From Anaerolineales bacterium (GTDB lineage Bacteria; Chloroflexota; Anaerolineae; Anaerolineales; RBG-16-64-43): a stretch of 64,000 nt of DNA. Position 1 is the stretch's first letter. Every line of letters begins with the position of its first letter. A model generated the notes under the pieces. It did no database searches. It was given only the letters and a program-made list of their open reading frames with translations, and had not been told where the DNA came from. Positions 42,925 through 51,475 of the stretch are shown here, piece by piece. The translations under genes were made by a program, and so were the position numbers. The DNA lies in contig JAFGCU010000121.1 of the NCBI GenBank assembly GCA_016932475.1, forward strand, positions 1,474 through 65,473. Direction: 5' to 3'.

Positions 42925-43494
42925 ATGATCTATTCGACCGCGGTTTGCGTTGCGTGGGGGGTCTTCTTCCTATTCTGGATCCTTTCGGCTTTGCGCAACC
43001 GGCAATCCGTCCGGCACAGAGAACCGTTCTCCTCCCGATTCGTCAATATCTTTTTATATTCCATTACCGCCGCATTGCTTATATACGATTGGCGGATTGC
43101 AGCGCCGCTCTCCAGCCGTTTCATACCGGATCACTGGATGATTTCCCTTGCCGGCCTGGCCGCCCAAGCCGCCGGTCTGTGGTTTGCGCTCCGGGCGCAA
43201 AGTCATTTGGGGAGCAATTGGAGCGCGCAAGTCACGCTGGCCACGAATCATCAACTCATTCAATCAGGACCCTACCGGCTGGTCCGGCACCCGATGTACT
43301 TTGGAATTCTGGCGGGCATGTTTGGGACCGTGGTCGTGATCGGGGAACTGCGCGGATTTCTGGCCGCCGCGGCGGTGCTGGCCGCGCTGCTGTGGAAAAT
43401 CAGGGTGGAAGAGGATATGTTGAGTCGTCATTTCGGCGAGGGCTACCAAAATTACAGGAAGGGCGTGAAATCCATCCTCCCATTTCTTTATTAA
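42925..43494 (+). CDS. Isoprenylcysteine carboxyl methyltransferase (ICMT)-family membrane methyltransferase
   Basis: LIQSGPYRLVRHPMYFGILAGMFG, plus the C-terminal EEDMLSRHFGEGYQNY. Confidence 0.85.
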   Translation: MIYSTAVCVAWGVFFLFWILSALRNRQSVRHREPFSSRFVNIFLYSITAALLIYDWRIAAPLSSRFIPDHWMISLAGLAAQAAGLWFALRAQSHLGSNWSAQVTLATNHQLIQSGPYRLVRHPMYFGILAGMFGTVVVIGELRGFLAAAAVLAALLWKIRVEEDMLSRHFGEGYQNYRKGVKSILPFLY

Positions 43495-43792
43495 TCGATG
43501 GCAACGGCACAGACTCGAGAAACCAGTGCGCGGATTTCTCAAGAAACCTTTTTTTCAATTACCATGATTCTCGCAATAAATCGCCGTCTTTTTCAAGCTT
43601 TTTTAGTCCACTAGGACACAAAGTAGCCTCCCCTTCCCTATGATTTCTTGCTGTCTTTGTATCATGGAGGTTAATTATTTCGCCTCGCGGAATCCATGAT
43701 TTTCGCGGGACTCCTCGGGAATAAACCCCGGCGTTTTTTATCGCATTCGTGCAATCCGCCGCAGTAGATTGGAACCACGCGCATTTTATCCA

Positions 43793-45469
43793 ATGACTAT
43801 TTCATCCCCGGGAGAAACAACCGGAGGTTTTTTCCGGGCAGGCGGCAAATGGGAATATAATCGGCAGACACCATTTGTCGAGTTGTACAGGAGAGTGCCG
43901 CCGGTGCCGCGAACCTTCCGCAACCCCATTCTTCCCGGTTTTTATCCCGATCCGTCTGTCTGCCGGGTCGGCGAAGATTACTACCTGGTCAATTCGACCT
44001 TTGAATTTTTCCCGGGTCTCCCGATCCACCACAGCCGCGATCTGGTCCATTGGCGCCCGGCCGGCCACGTGCTCACCCGCCCCTCGCAGCTCAACCTGGA
44101 TGGGATCCGCCCCTCCGGCGGATTGTGGGCGCCCACGATCCGCCATCACGGCGGCGTGTTCTATGTCATCAATACCCTGATGGACGGCCGGAAGGAAAAG
44201 GGGAACTTCATCGTCACAGCGCCGGCCATCGAGGGGCCGTGGTCGGAGCCGTACTGGCTGAACGACGCGCCCGGGATCGATCCCTCATTGTTTTTCGACG
44301 GCGACGGGCGCGCCTGGTACGCCGGCAACCGCGCGCTGCCGGACGCGGAGTATTCGGGCCACTCCGAGATCTGGCTGCAGGAGTTGGATCGGAAAGCCAT
44401 GCAGCTCACCGGGCCGATATATTCCCTGTGGGCGGGCGCGCTCAAACGCGCGATCTGGCCGGAAGGCCCGCACATTTACAAAGTCAACGGAATGTACTAC
44501 TTGATGATCGCCGAGGGCGGGACCGGCCACGATCATTCGGTCAGCATCGCCCGCAGCGAAAAAATCACCGGGCCGTACGAAGGCTGCCCGCGCAACCCGA
44601 TCCTCACCCACCGCCACCTGGGAAAGGATTATCCGATCGTCGGGACCGGGCACGCGGACCTGGTCGAGACTCCCAAGGGCGAGTGGTGGATGGTGCTGCT
44701 CGCGATGCGGCCGTACGGCGGCTACTTTTACAATCTCGGGCGCGAAACATTTTTGACGCCGGTCCGCTGGGAGGACGGCTGGCCGGTTGTCAATCCGGGG
44801 ATCGGCCGGGTCGAATTCGAAGGCCCGGCGCCGGATCTTCCGGAACAACCCTGGCCTGCCGCTCCGGCCTGCGACCATTTCGACTCTCCCGCGCTCGGCC
44901 CGCAATGGAATTTCCTGCGCACGCCGCGTGAGGAATTCTGGAATCTCGCCGAGCGCCCCGGGCATCTGCGTCTTCGCCTGCGGCCGCAGATGCTGGCCGT
45001 GAAAGCCAATCCGAGTTTTGTGGGCCGCCGGCAGCAGCATATCGATTTCACCGCCCGGGCCGCGATGGAATTCACGCCCCGCTCGCCTGACGAATGCGCC
45101 GGGCTCGTGCTGCTCCAAAACGACGATTTCCATTTCCGGTTCACCGTCACGCTGGAGAAAGAACCGGTCATCCGCCTGATCAAGCGTGAACGGGGCAGCG
45201 AGACGGTCCTCGCTTCGAAAGCTATCCGATCCGGGAAGGTTTACCTTAAAGTTTCAGCCGCCGGCCAGGCATTCAGTTTCCATTTTGCCGAACAATCCGA
45301 GCGGTGGCAGCCGGTCGCGGAGAACGTCGACGGCCGGATCCTCAGCACGCCCGTCGCGGGCGGGTTCATCGGCGCTTATATCGGGATGTATGCGAGCAGC
45401 AACGGGAAACCAAGTGACAATTTTGCGGATTGGGATTGGTTTGAGTATGCGGGTTCAGATTTGCAATAA
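43793..45469 (+). CDS. Glycoside hydrolase family 43 (beta-xylosidase/alpha-L-arabinofuranosidase type) with C-terminal beta-sandwich
   Basis: FRNPILPGFYPDPSVCRVGEDYYLVNSTFEFFPGLPIHHSRDLVHW and EGPHIYKVNGMYYLMIAEGGT. I use the first ATG (43793) because the track start is a TTG. Confidence 0.9.
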   Translation: MTISSPGETTGGFFRAGGKWEYNRQTPFVELYRRVPPVPRTFRNPILPGFYPDPSVCRVGEDYYLVNSTFEFFPGLPIHHSRDLVHWRPAGHVLTRPSQLNLDGIRPSGGLWAPTIRHHGGVFYVINTLMDGRKEKGNFIVTAPAIEGPWSEPYWLNDAPGIDPSLFFDGDGRAWYAGNRALPDAEYSGHSEIWLQELDRKAMQLTGPIYSLWAGALKRAIWPEGPHIYKVNGMYYLMIAEGGTGHDHSVSIARSEKITGPYEGCPRNPILTHRHLGKDYPIVGTGHADLVETPKGEWWMVLLAMRPYGGYFYNLGRETFLTPVRWEDGWPVVNPGIGRVEFEGPAPDLPEQPWPAAPACDHFDSPALGPQWNFLRTPREEFWNLAERPGHLRLRLRPQMLAVKANPSFVGRRQQHIDFTARAAMEFTPRSPDECAGLVLLQNDDFHFRFTVTLEKEPVIRLIKRERGSETVLASKAIRSGKVYLKVSAAGQAFSFHFAEQSERWQPVAENVDGRILSTPVAGGFIGAYIGMYASSNGKPSDNFADWDWFEYAGSDLQ

Positions 45470-45496
45470 TTTGTTCTGCACTAAGGATTTTTCACC

Positions 45497-45652
45497 GCCA
45501 AGACACTAAGACGCGAAGGAAATGCTTGGTGTCTTCGTATCTTAGTGTCTTGCTGTCTTCGTGTCTTCGTATACATGTGTCTTTGTGTCTTGGCGTCTTA
45601 GAGTCTACGTGTCTTTGCGTCTTAGTGTCTTGGTGTCTTGGCGTCTTGGTGG
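45497..45652. repeat. Array of at least 12 G(T/C)GTCTT octamer-like units at 8-9 nt spacing, flanked by inverted CCAAGACGCGAAGGAAAT copies
   Basis: GTGTCTT/GCGTCTT cores can be read directly from 45525 to 45650. An inverted copy sits at 45498-45524 and another at 45722-45742. Confidence 0.8.
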
Positions 45653-45878
45653 AAAATTTTTTTAACCACGTGCGCTCCTCAATTCCATCTGTCGCCGAAA
45701 ATCTGCAATTGGACAAATCAACCACCAAGACGCGAAGGAAATTATCATTGCATCTTGATGAGTAATAAAAACCGTGCGCGTATCATTTTTATGCGCTCTA
45801 TGTGTTCTTTGTGGCTTTTTTTCTTCCTCAAGAAAGAATTGCCATATGGAGCACAAAGGCCACAAAGGTTTTTTCGCT

Positions 45879-46003
45879 CCCAGCTTCATCACCGTCCCCG
45901 TGTCTATCAACGCCCACAGCGTCCCGTCCGGCGTTTGCGAGTGCGAAATGACCACGCCGTTTACCGGCGAGGCGACCGTCCCCCACTCCGCCCCGTTCCA
46001 GTG
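45879..46003 (-). pseudogene. 3'-terminal remnant (about 40 codons) homologous to the end of the 49224-51305 beta-propeller gene
   Basis: Ungapped match to 49234-49358, 107/125 by hand count. It translates to HWNGAEWGTVASPVNGVVISHSQTPDGTLWALIDTGTVMKLG. There is no start, an in-frame TAG lies just upstream, and the native stop is lost. Confidence 0.7.
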
Positions 46004-46172
46004 GAATAATTTTTCCCTCTCGTTCCTCTATTCACCTCCGGCAAGTGATGTACTCAAGAATGTCCTGTCGGCTACAAACAAATAATTTTTAATTTATGAT
46101 AAATACTATCCTGATTATGTCTTTATTCTTATCCTCAACTCTTCTGTCAATAAATAAAGAGTATTTTGGCTA

Positions 46173-46202
46173 TTGACCGACCGTCGGTCATTATGGTAAT
46201 AT
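46173..46202 (+). promoter_or_regulatory. Putative tetR promoter with overlapping palindromic operator
   Basis: TTGACC (46173-46178), an 18-nt spacer, then TAATAT (46197-46202). A perfect palindrome TGACCGAC-C-GTCGGTCA (46174-46190) lies between them, about 50 nt upstream of the TetR ATG. Confidence 0.55.
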
Positions 46203-46242
46203 ATCCCTAAATCGACCACCTTTCAGTCTCTGGGAGGTAAAA

Positions 46243-46881
46243 ATGGCGCGTATTACCAAAAAGCCCGATGAACGCAGGCAGGAAATCTTGGCTGCCGCCC
46301 GGGATTTGTTCCAGTCCGCCGGGTACGAACAAACGACGATGCAGGATGTGATGGATCGGCTGAATATCGCCAAGGGAACGATCTATCACTATTTCAGTTC
46401 CAAGGAGGCGCTGCTTGAGGCGGTTGTCGAAAAAATTGTTGACGAAAGCATAGCCGGGATGCGCCGGGCAATGCCCGCACTTAAGGGCAATGCGCTGGAG
46501 AAGGTGCGGTTCCTTCTGACGGCTGGCAACATGGCCGACGAGAACCGCGAAATCCTGGATCCCCTGCACCAGGCGGCCAATATGGAGATGCACCACCGCC
46601 TGCTGGCCGTCACCATCCTGAAACTGGCTCCCCTGTACGCCGATCTGATCCGTCAGGGGTGCGCGGAGGGTATATTTCAAACGGATGCGCCGCTCGAGTG
46701 CGCCGAATTCATCCTGTCGGCCGTTCAGTTCCTGACCGATCAGGGAATCTACCCCTGGAGCCCGGAAGTGCTCGTTCGGCGAGGGCTGGCAATTCCCGGG
46801 ATCATCGAGGCACAATTGAAAGCCTCGCCGGGATCGTTTCACTTTCTCAATCCAGTAGAAGGGTCTGGTAACCTAAAATGA
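46243..46881 (+). CDS. TetR/AcrR-family transcriptional regulator
   Basis: N-terminal HTH RRQEILAAARDLFQSAGYEQTTMQDVMDRLNIAKGTIYHYFSSKEAL. GGGAGG SD is present. Confidence 0.9.
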   Translation: MARITKKPDERRQEILAAARDLFQSAGYEQTTMQDVMDRLNIAKGTIYHYFSSKEALLEAVVEKIVDESIAGMRRAMPALKGNALEKVRFLLTAGNMADENREILDPLHQAANMEMHHRLLAVTILKLAPLYADLIRQGCAEGIFQTDAPLECAEFILSAVQFLTDQGIYPWSPEVLVRRGLAIPGIIEAQLKASPGSFHFLNPVEGSGNLK

Positions 46882-47708
46882 ACACCAAGTTCAATTATAA
46901 ACCCGCTGTCTTTTTTATGATCACATTCCTGATCACCTTCACTACCTGGTTTGCGGCGGCGTACTTCAGCTACCAACCGGGCATGGAAGGTGCGCAATTG
47001 CTGTGCATGATCCCCGGATTGTTCGCTCCCTTAATTGCCGTGATCATCATGATGAGCGGAGCCAAGAACAGGGAACTCCGGAAGGATTTCCAGGACCGCC
47101 TGAGCCTGAAACTTATCCGGCCAAAATACTTCGCGCTGATCCTGCTCGTCATGCCCGTCACCCTGCTCCTGGCCACGGCGCTCTCGCTGCTTTTTGGGCA
47201 ACCGATCCGTCAGTTTCTGCTCAACGAAGAGTTTGCCATCATGGAAGGGGAGTTCTACATCAGCCTGTTGATCATGTTCCTGGCACCCACGTTGGAGGAA
47301 TTGGGATGGCGCGGCTACGGCGTGGACAGCCTGCGCAGCAAGTTCAACCTGTTCCAGACGACCATGGTGTTCGCGCTGCTGTGGGGCTTATGGCACGTGC
47401 CGCTGTTTTTCATCCACGGGTATTACCAAAACGAGCTGTGGAACACGAACATCGTGTATGCCGGCAACTTCTTCGTCCAGCTTCTGGCGGCAGCGATCCT
47501 CATGAACTGGGTGTATTACCGGAATAACCGCAGCATCACCGCCGCCATCCTGTTCCACTTCTCGATGAATCTCTTCTCCGAGCTCTTGCAGACGGAGCAA
47601 TTCACCAAGTGCATCATCGGAATACTCCTGCTACTGCTCGCCGCCTGGATCATCGTCGCCGACCGGAAATTCTTCTTCAATAATCCGGAAGGAACGGCCG
47701 CATCATGA
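46878..47708 (+). CDS. CPBP-family intramembrane glutamic endopeptidase (Abi/CAAX protease-like)
   Basis: Motifs PTLEELGWRGY (EExxxR), LLWGLWHVPLF (FxxxH) and ILFHFSMN (HxxxN). ATGA overlap with tetR. Confidence 0.88.
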   Translation: MNTKFNYKPAVFFMITFLITFTTWFAAAYFSYQPGMEGAQLLCMIPGLFAPLIAVIIMMSGAKNRELRKDFQDRLSLKLIRPKYFALILLVMPVTLLLATALSLLFGQPIRQFLLNEEFAIMEGEFYISLLIMFLAPTLEELGWRGYGVDSLRSKFNLFQTTMVFALLWGLWHVPLFFIHGYYQNELWNTNIVYAGNFFVQLLAAAILMNWVYYRNNRSITAAILFHFSMNLFSELLQTEQFTKCIIGILLLLLAAWIIVADRKFFFNNPEGTAAS

Positions 47709-49027
47709 GCACCCTTGCGAAAAACAATCCCATGGCCCGGATCTTTTCCTTGCGGGATTTCCGCCTGCTGTTAACCGGCGCGACGACTTCCCTGCTGGGC
47801 GACCAGTTCGCGCTGATCGCCACGCCCTGGCTGGTCTTGCAGTTGACCGGCGATCCGCTGGTGTTGGGAATCGTCCTGGCACTGGAGGGCATCCCGCGGG
47901 CGGTTTTCATGCTCGTGGGCGGCGCCGTCACCGACCGCATCTCCCCGCGCCTGGTCATGCTGATATCGGATGTCGTCCGGCTCGTCCTCACCGCCCTGAT
48001 GGCCTGCGCGGTCCTCACCGGCTCGGTCGAAATCTGGATGCTGTACGCTTTCGCGCTGGGTTTCGGGCTGGTGGCCGGGTTCGCCGTGCCCGCCGAAAAC
48101 AGCATTGTGCCGATGCTCGTCCGATCGGAGGATCTGCAGGCGGGAAATTCCGTCATGATGGGCGTCACACAACTGGCCGGGTTCGTGGGACCGACGGCGG
48201 CCGGCATCCTGATCGGAAGTTTTTCCACATCCGCTCTGGGCGTGGGCCTGGCTTTCGCCATCGACGCGTTGAGCTTCGCCGTCTCGGCCCTCTGCCTGTG
48301 GCTGATCCGCAGCTGCAATAAAGAATCCGCCCCGGAAGAAACGGCTGTCAGAGAAAGCGTCTGGGCCTCCATCCGGACCGCCATAAAATATCTTTGGGAT
48401 AATAAGGTCATGCGCCTGATGTTCCTGGTGCTGATGGCGGTGAATTTCCTGCTGATGGGGCCGATCCTGGTCGGCATCCCGGTCCTGGCGGACCAGCGCC
48501 TCCCGGAAGGCGCGGCGGCCTACGGCCTGCTGATGTCCGCCTTCGCCGGAGGCAACTTGGCCGGTTTCCTTATCGCGGGATCCCTGCCCCGCCCGGGCGG
48601 CGGCCTGATGCGGCTGATCACCGTGCTGCTGATCGCCTCCTTCGGTGTGGTCATCGGGCTGCTCGGGTTTATTCCTTCAACCGGAGTGGATTTCTTTCTC
48701 CTGCTCCTGCTGGGGCTGGGCAACGGCTACATCGCGGTACTGCTGTTCACCTGGATGCAGACGCGCACGCCCAAGGCAATGCTGGGCCGGATGATGGGTC
48801 TGCTGATGTTCTCCAGCACCGGGCTGGCGCCCGTCTCCCAGGCGGTATCCGGCGCGTCCTGCAAATTGGATCTCACCCTGATGTTCGCATTCGCCGGATT
48901 GTTGGTGGTGGCAGTGGCGCTCTGGATGGCGTTCCAGCCGGGGCTGAACGCCTTCAGCGAGAGCATGGCGGTAAAGCCGCAGAGCGGGCCAGCCCCGGAC
49001 CGGCTGGCGCCCGAAGCCGCGCGGTGA
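47705..49027 (+). CDS. MFS transporter (EntS/DUF894-like)
   Basis: FRLLLTGATTSLLGDQFALIATPWLVLQLTGDP and GGAVTDRISPR, with 12 TM helices. ATGA overlap with the CPBP gene. Confidence 0.88.
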   Translation: MSTLAKNNPMARIFSLRDFRLLLTGATTSLLGDQFALIATPWLVLQLTGDPLVLGIVLALEGIPRAVFMLVGGAVTDRISPRLVMLISDVVRLVLTALMACAVLTGSVEIWMLYAFALGFGLVAGFAVPAENSIVPMLVRSEDLQAGNSVMMGVTQLAGFVGPTAAGILIGSFSTSALGVGLAFAIDALSFAVSALCLWLIRSCNKESAPEETAVRESVWASIRTAIKYLWDNKVMRLMFLVLMAVNFLLMGPILVGIPVLADQRLPEGAAAYGLLMSAFAGGNLAGFLIAGSLPRPGGGLMRLITVLLIASFGVVIGLLGFIPSTGVDFFLLLLLGLGNGYIAVLLFTWMQTRTPKAMLGRMMGLLMFSSTGLAPVSQAVSGASCKLDLTLMFAFAGLLVVAVALWMAFQPGLNAFSESMAVKPQSGPAPDRLAPEAAR

Positions 49028-49060
49028 AAAGAAACCGCCGCCAACGCGATAAGTGCCACG

Positions 49061-49105
49061 AAGACACCAAGAGACGAAGAAATGCGTTTTTTCTCTTGGT
49101 GTCTT
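49061..49105 (+). terminator. Hairpin after the MFS stop (possible terminator; AAGACACC-type repeat)
   Basis: 14-bp perfect stem AAGACACCAAGAGA / TCTCTTGGTGTCTT. The T-run lies inside the loop rather than after the stem, so terminator function is uncertain. Confidence 0.4.
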
Positions 49106-49223
49106 TGCGGCGAAGAAATAATTGGTCTTCGGCTCGGGCAAACCAGGCGGGAATAATTTAGGATCGGTATTGGTTTGAATGCACTTTTTTTATATCGGTG
49201 TTTACAAATCCTGTAAATCCTGT

Positions 49224-51305
49224 CTATGATTTTCCCAGTTTCAGCACCGTTCCCGTGTCCGTCACCCCCCACAGCGTCCCGTCGGGCGTTTGCGAGAGCG
49301 AGATGATCACGCCGTTGACGGGCGAGGGAACCGTCCCCCATTCCGAGCCGTTCCAGTGCAGCAGGCCGTTCCCCGCCATCCAGCCGTCATCCGGGGCCAG
49401 CATGTAAATTGAATCCATCCATGTCACCCCGTGCGGAAACGGGTAGGAGGTCCATTCAGCTCCGTCCCAATGCAGGATCACGCCCGGGTTGATCGAAGAT
49501 GGGGCATTTTCGGCTATCCCGGCCGCCCACACATCATCCGCGCTCACCCCGTGGACTGCCAGCAGCCGGTAGGCCTCCGGCCAGGTCTGCCAGGTCCATT
49601 CCGATCCGTCCCAATGCATGACGAGAGTCTGATCGCCGCCGCCCACCGCCCAGCCGTCATCGGCGGCGGGAAAATGCAGACCGTACAGCGAGCATCGGCA
49701 GGGCGGCTTCTGCGCGAACAATCCGACCGGGCTCCATTCCCCGCCGTCCCAGTGCATGATCCACGGCTGGCTGAAGTCGCCGCCCTCGAGCCCGCCGGCC
49801 GCCCATCCGTCGTCCTCCGCCGGCAATGCCAGCGCATGCAGGCGGGCATACAACGCGTTATCCCCCCGGCCCCGCGCCACATACGGCATCTCCACATACC
49901 AGTCGCTGCCGTCCCAGTGCAGAATCTGCCCGCCTTCGCCCGCCGCCCATCCGTCGTCGGCCGTCAGGAACGCCACGGCGTTAAGGGTCTGGCCGGTCGG
50001 GGTGTCCGCCGCCATCCACTCCGTCCGGTCCCATTTCACAAGCAATCCGTTCTCGCCCACGCCCCAGGCCTCTCCCCCAGGCAGGAACGCCGCCGCCTGC
50101 AGCGGGATGGGGATCTTCTCGAACTCGCGGTTCCATGTTTCGCCGTCCCAACGCCAGATCATCCCCGCCCGTGACCGTCCCGGGATCCATCCGGCCGCCC
50201 ACGCTTCTCCGAGCGCGGGAAAGTTCAGCGCCAGCGCTTCGCCGTCCGGCCCGCCGCCGAAAAACCTCACCCAGTCTTTGCCGTCCCAGCGCAGGACGAC
50301 ATCTCCGAGCTGCCACGAGCCGAGGATCCATCCGTCTTCGCCCTCCGGATCCATGACCATCCGGCGCGGATTGGGCGCCATTGAGGAATATGTCCACCAC
50401 TCGCCGGAGGCGTAGCGCAGGATCACGCCCTCCGTGCCGTACACCCACCCGCTGACGTTCGAGGTGAAGACGAGTCCGTTCAGGTTCTTGTCGGTCGGGG
50501 ATTCGATCGCGCTCCAGGCGGATCCGTTCCAGTGCAGGATCACGCCGTCGTCACCCACCGCCCAGCCCGTGGCGGAGGAAACCATCTGGATCGCATTCAG
50601 CGCCGGAGTCCGGTTGACGGTCGACCATTCCTTTCCGTTCCAGCGGGCCAGGTAATACACCACATCCCGGCCTTCGTCTTCGGAGATGATCCCCCAGCCG
50701 TACCTCGCCGTGAGAAAGGAAAGATCGACGATGTACCCCAGGCGGGTGGCATTCGAAAAAACCGACCAAGCCGCGCCGTCCCAGTGCAGCAGCCGGCTGC
50801 GATATCTGCGTTCTCCGGGGGCGACCGCATGGGCTTCATCCGTTATCGCCCAGGCATTGTCGGCCGCAAGCACGATCACGCGCCGGATGTCGGTCGCGAC
50901 CGGACTCGCGGCCTGATCCCATGTTCCGTTGTTCCGCTTAAGGATCAGCCCGCGCTCCCCGACCGCCCATCCATCCCCGGAAGGCAGCATGGCGACATCG
51001 AGTAGGACATGATGGCAGGGATCGGGCGAACCGTCCGGTACACAGCCCCAACGGAAAGGGCTGTAAGTGGGCTCGAGAGTCGGGGAAGGGATCCATCCGA
51101 GATCGCGAGTCGCGGTCGGGGTGATCGTTTCCGTCGGCAGGGGAGACGGTGTCCGGATGGGAGTGGCCGTGTCGAAAGCCATCCCGGAATAATCTGGGGT
51201 GCGGGGGATCGGCGCAGGCTGTCCGTTTCCATATAAAAACGGAATGGTGCAGCCCGTCAGGAGAAGCACAAATGCGGCTTGGAGGATCCGGCCCGAGCGG
51301 GTCAT
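49224..51305 (-). CDS. Lipoprotein with about 12 tandem W(D/N)GxxW beta-propeller-type repeats
   Basis: Lipobox LLLTGC. Recurring units include LLHWDGAAWSV, LARWNGKEWSTV, ILHWNGSAWSAI, VLRWDGKDWVRF, IWRWDGETWNRE, ILHWDGSDWYVE, IMHWDGGEWSPV, VMHWDGSEWTWQ, ILHWDGAEWTSY and LLHWNGSEWGTV. I use ATG 51305 because the track start is a TTG. Confidence 0.8.
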   Translation of the reverse strand: MTRSGRILQAAFVLLLTGCTIPFLYGNGQPAPIPRTPDYSGMAFDTATPIRTPSPLPTETITPTATRDLGWIPSPTLEPTYSPFRWGCVPDGSPDPCHHVLLDVAMLPSGDGWAVGERGLILKRNNGTWDQAASPVATDIRRVIVLAADNAWAITDEAHAVAPGERRYRSRLLHWDGAAWSVFSNATRLGYIVDLSFLTARYGWGIISEDEGRDVVYYLARWNGKEWSTVNRTPALNAIQMVSSATGWAVGDDGVILHWNGSAWSAIESPTDKNLNGLVFTSNVSGWVYGTEGVILRYASGEWWTYSSMAPNPRRMVMDPEGEDGWILGSWQLGDVVLRWDGKDWVRFFGGGPDGEALALNFPALGEAWAAGWIPGRSRAGMIWRWDGETWNREFEKIPIPLQAAAFLPGGEAWGVGENGLLVKWDRTEWMAADTPTGQTLNAVAFLTADDGWAAGEGGQILHWDGSDWYVEMPYVARGRGDNALYARLHALALPAEDDGWAAGGLEGGDFSQPWIMHWDGGEWSPVGLFAQKPPCRCSLYGLHFPAADDGWAVGGGDQTLVMHWDGSEWTWQTWPEAYRLLAVHGVSADDVWAAGIAENAPSSINPGVILHWDGAEWTSYPFPHGVTWMDSIYMLAPDDGWMAGNGLLHWNGSEWGTVPSPVNGVIISLSQTPDGTLWGVTDTGTVLKLGKS

Positions 51306-51352
51306 AAGCAATTTATATCACAACCCTCCCCCTCCTTCCCGCATCGTCACTG

Positions 51353-51468
51353 CCCTAACCCCCTCTTCCCGTTTTTATCCACGCGAGAACACCTTGCTTA
51401 AAAACACCCCTCTCCCCCTTCCCTGTAAGGGGAAGGGGGAGAGGGGATGGAGGTGAGGAGGTTAGGAC
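51353..51468. repeat. MITE-like nested palindromic element, copy B (inverted relative to copy A)
   Basis: Ends CCCTAACCCCCTC / GAGGAGGTTAGGAC. Inner hairpin CCCCTCTCCCCCTTCCC-TGTA-AGGGGAAGGGGGAGAGGGG (51407-51446). It lies between the propeller gene start and the secA stop. Confidence 0.8.
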
Positions 51469-51475
51469 AGAGGGG

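Noticed and set aside
45492-45765. ORFs 45492-45728 (minus strand, KTPRHQDTKTQRH...) and 45526-45765 (plus strand, Cys/Leu/Val-rich).
   Set aside because: Both are translations of the GTGTCTT octamer array. The periodic composition comes from the repeat, and there is no SD. I also considered a CRISPR array and rejected it because the units are 8-9 nt with no spacers.
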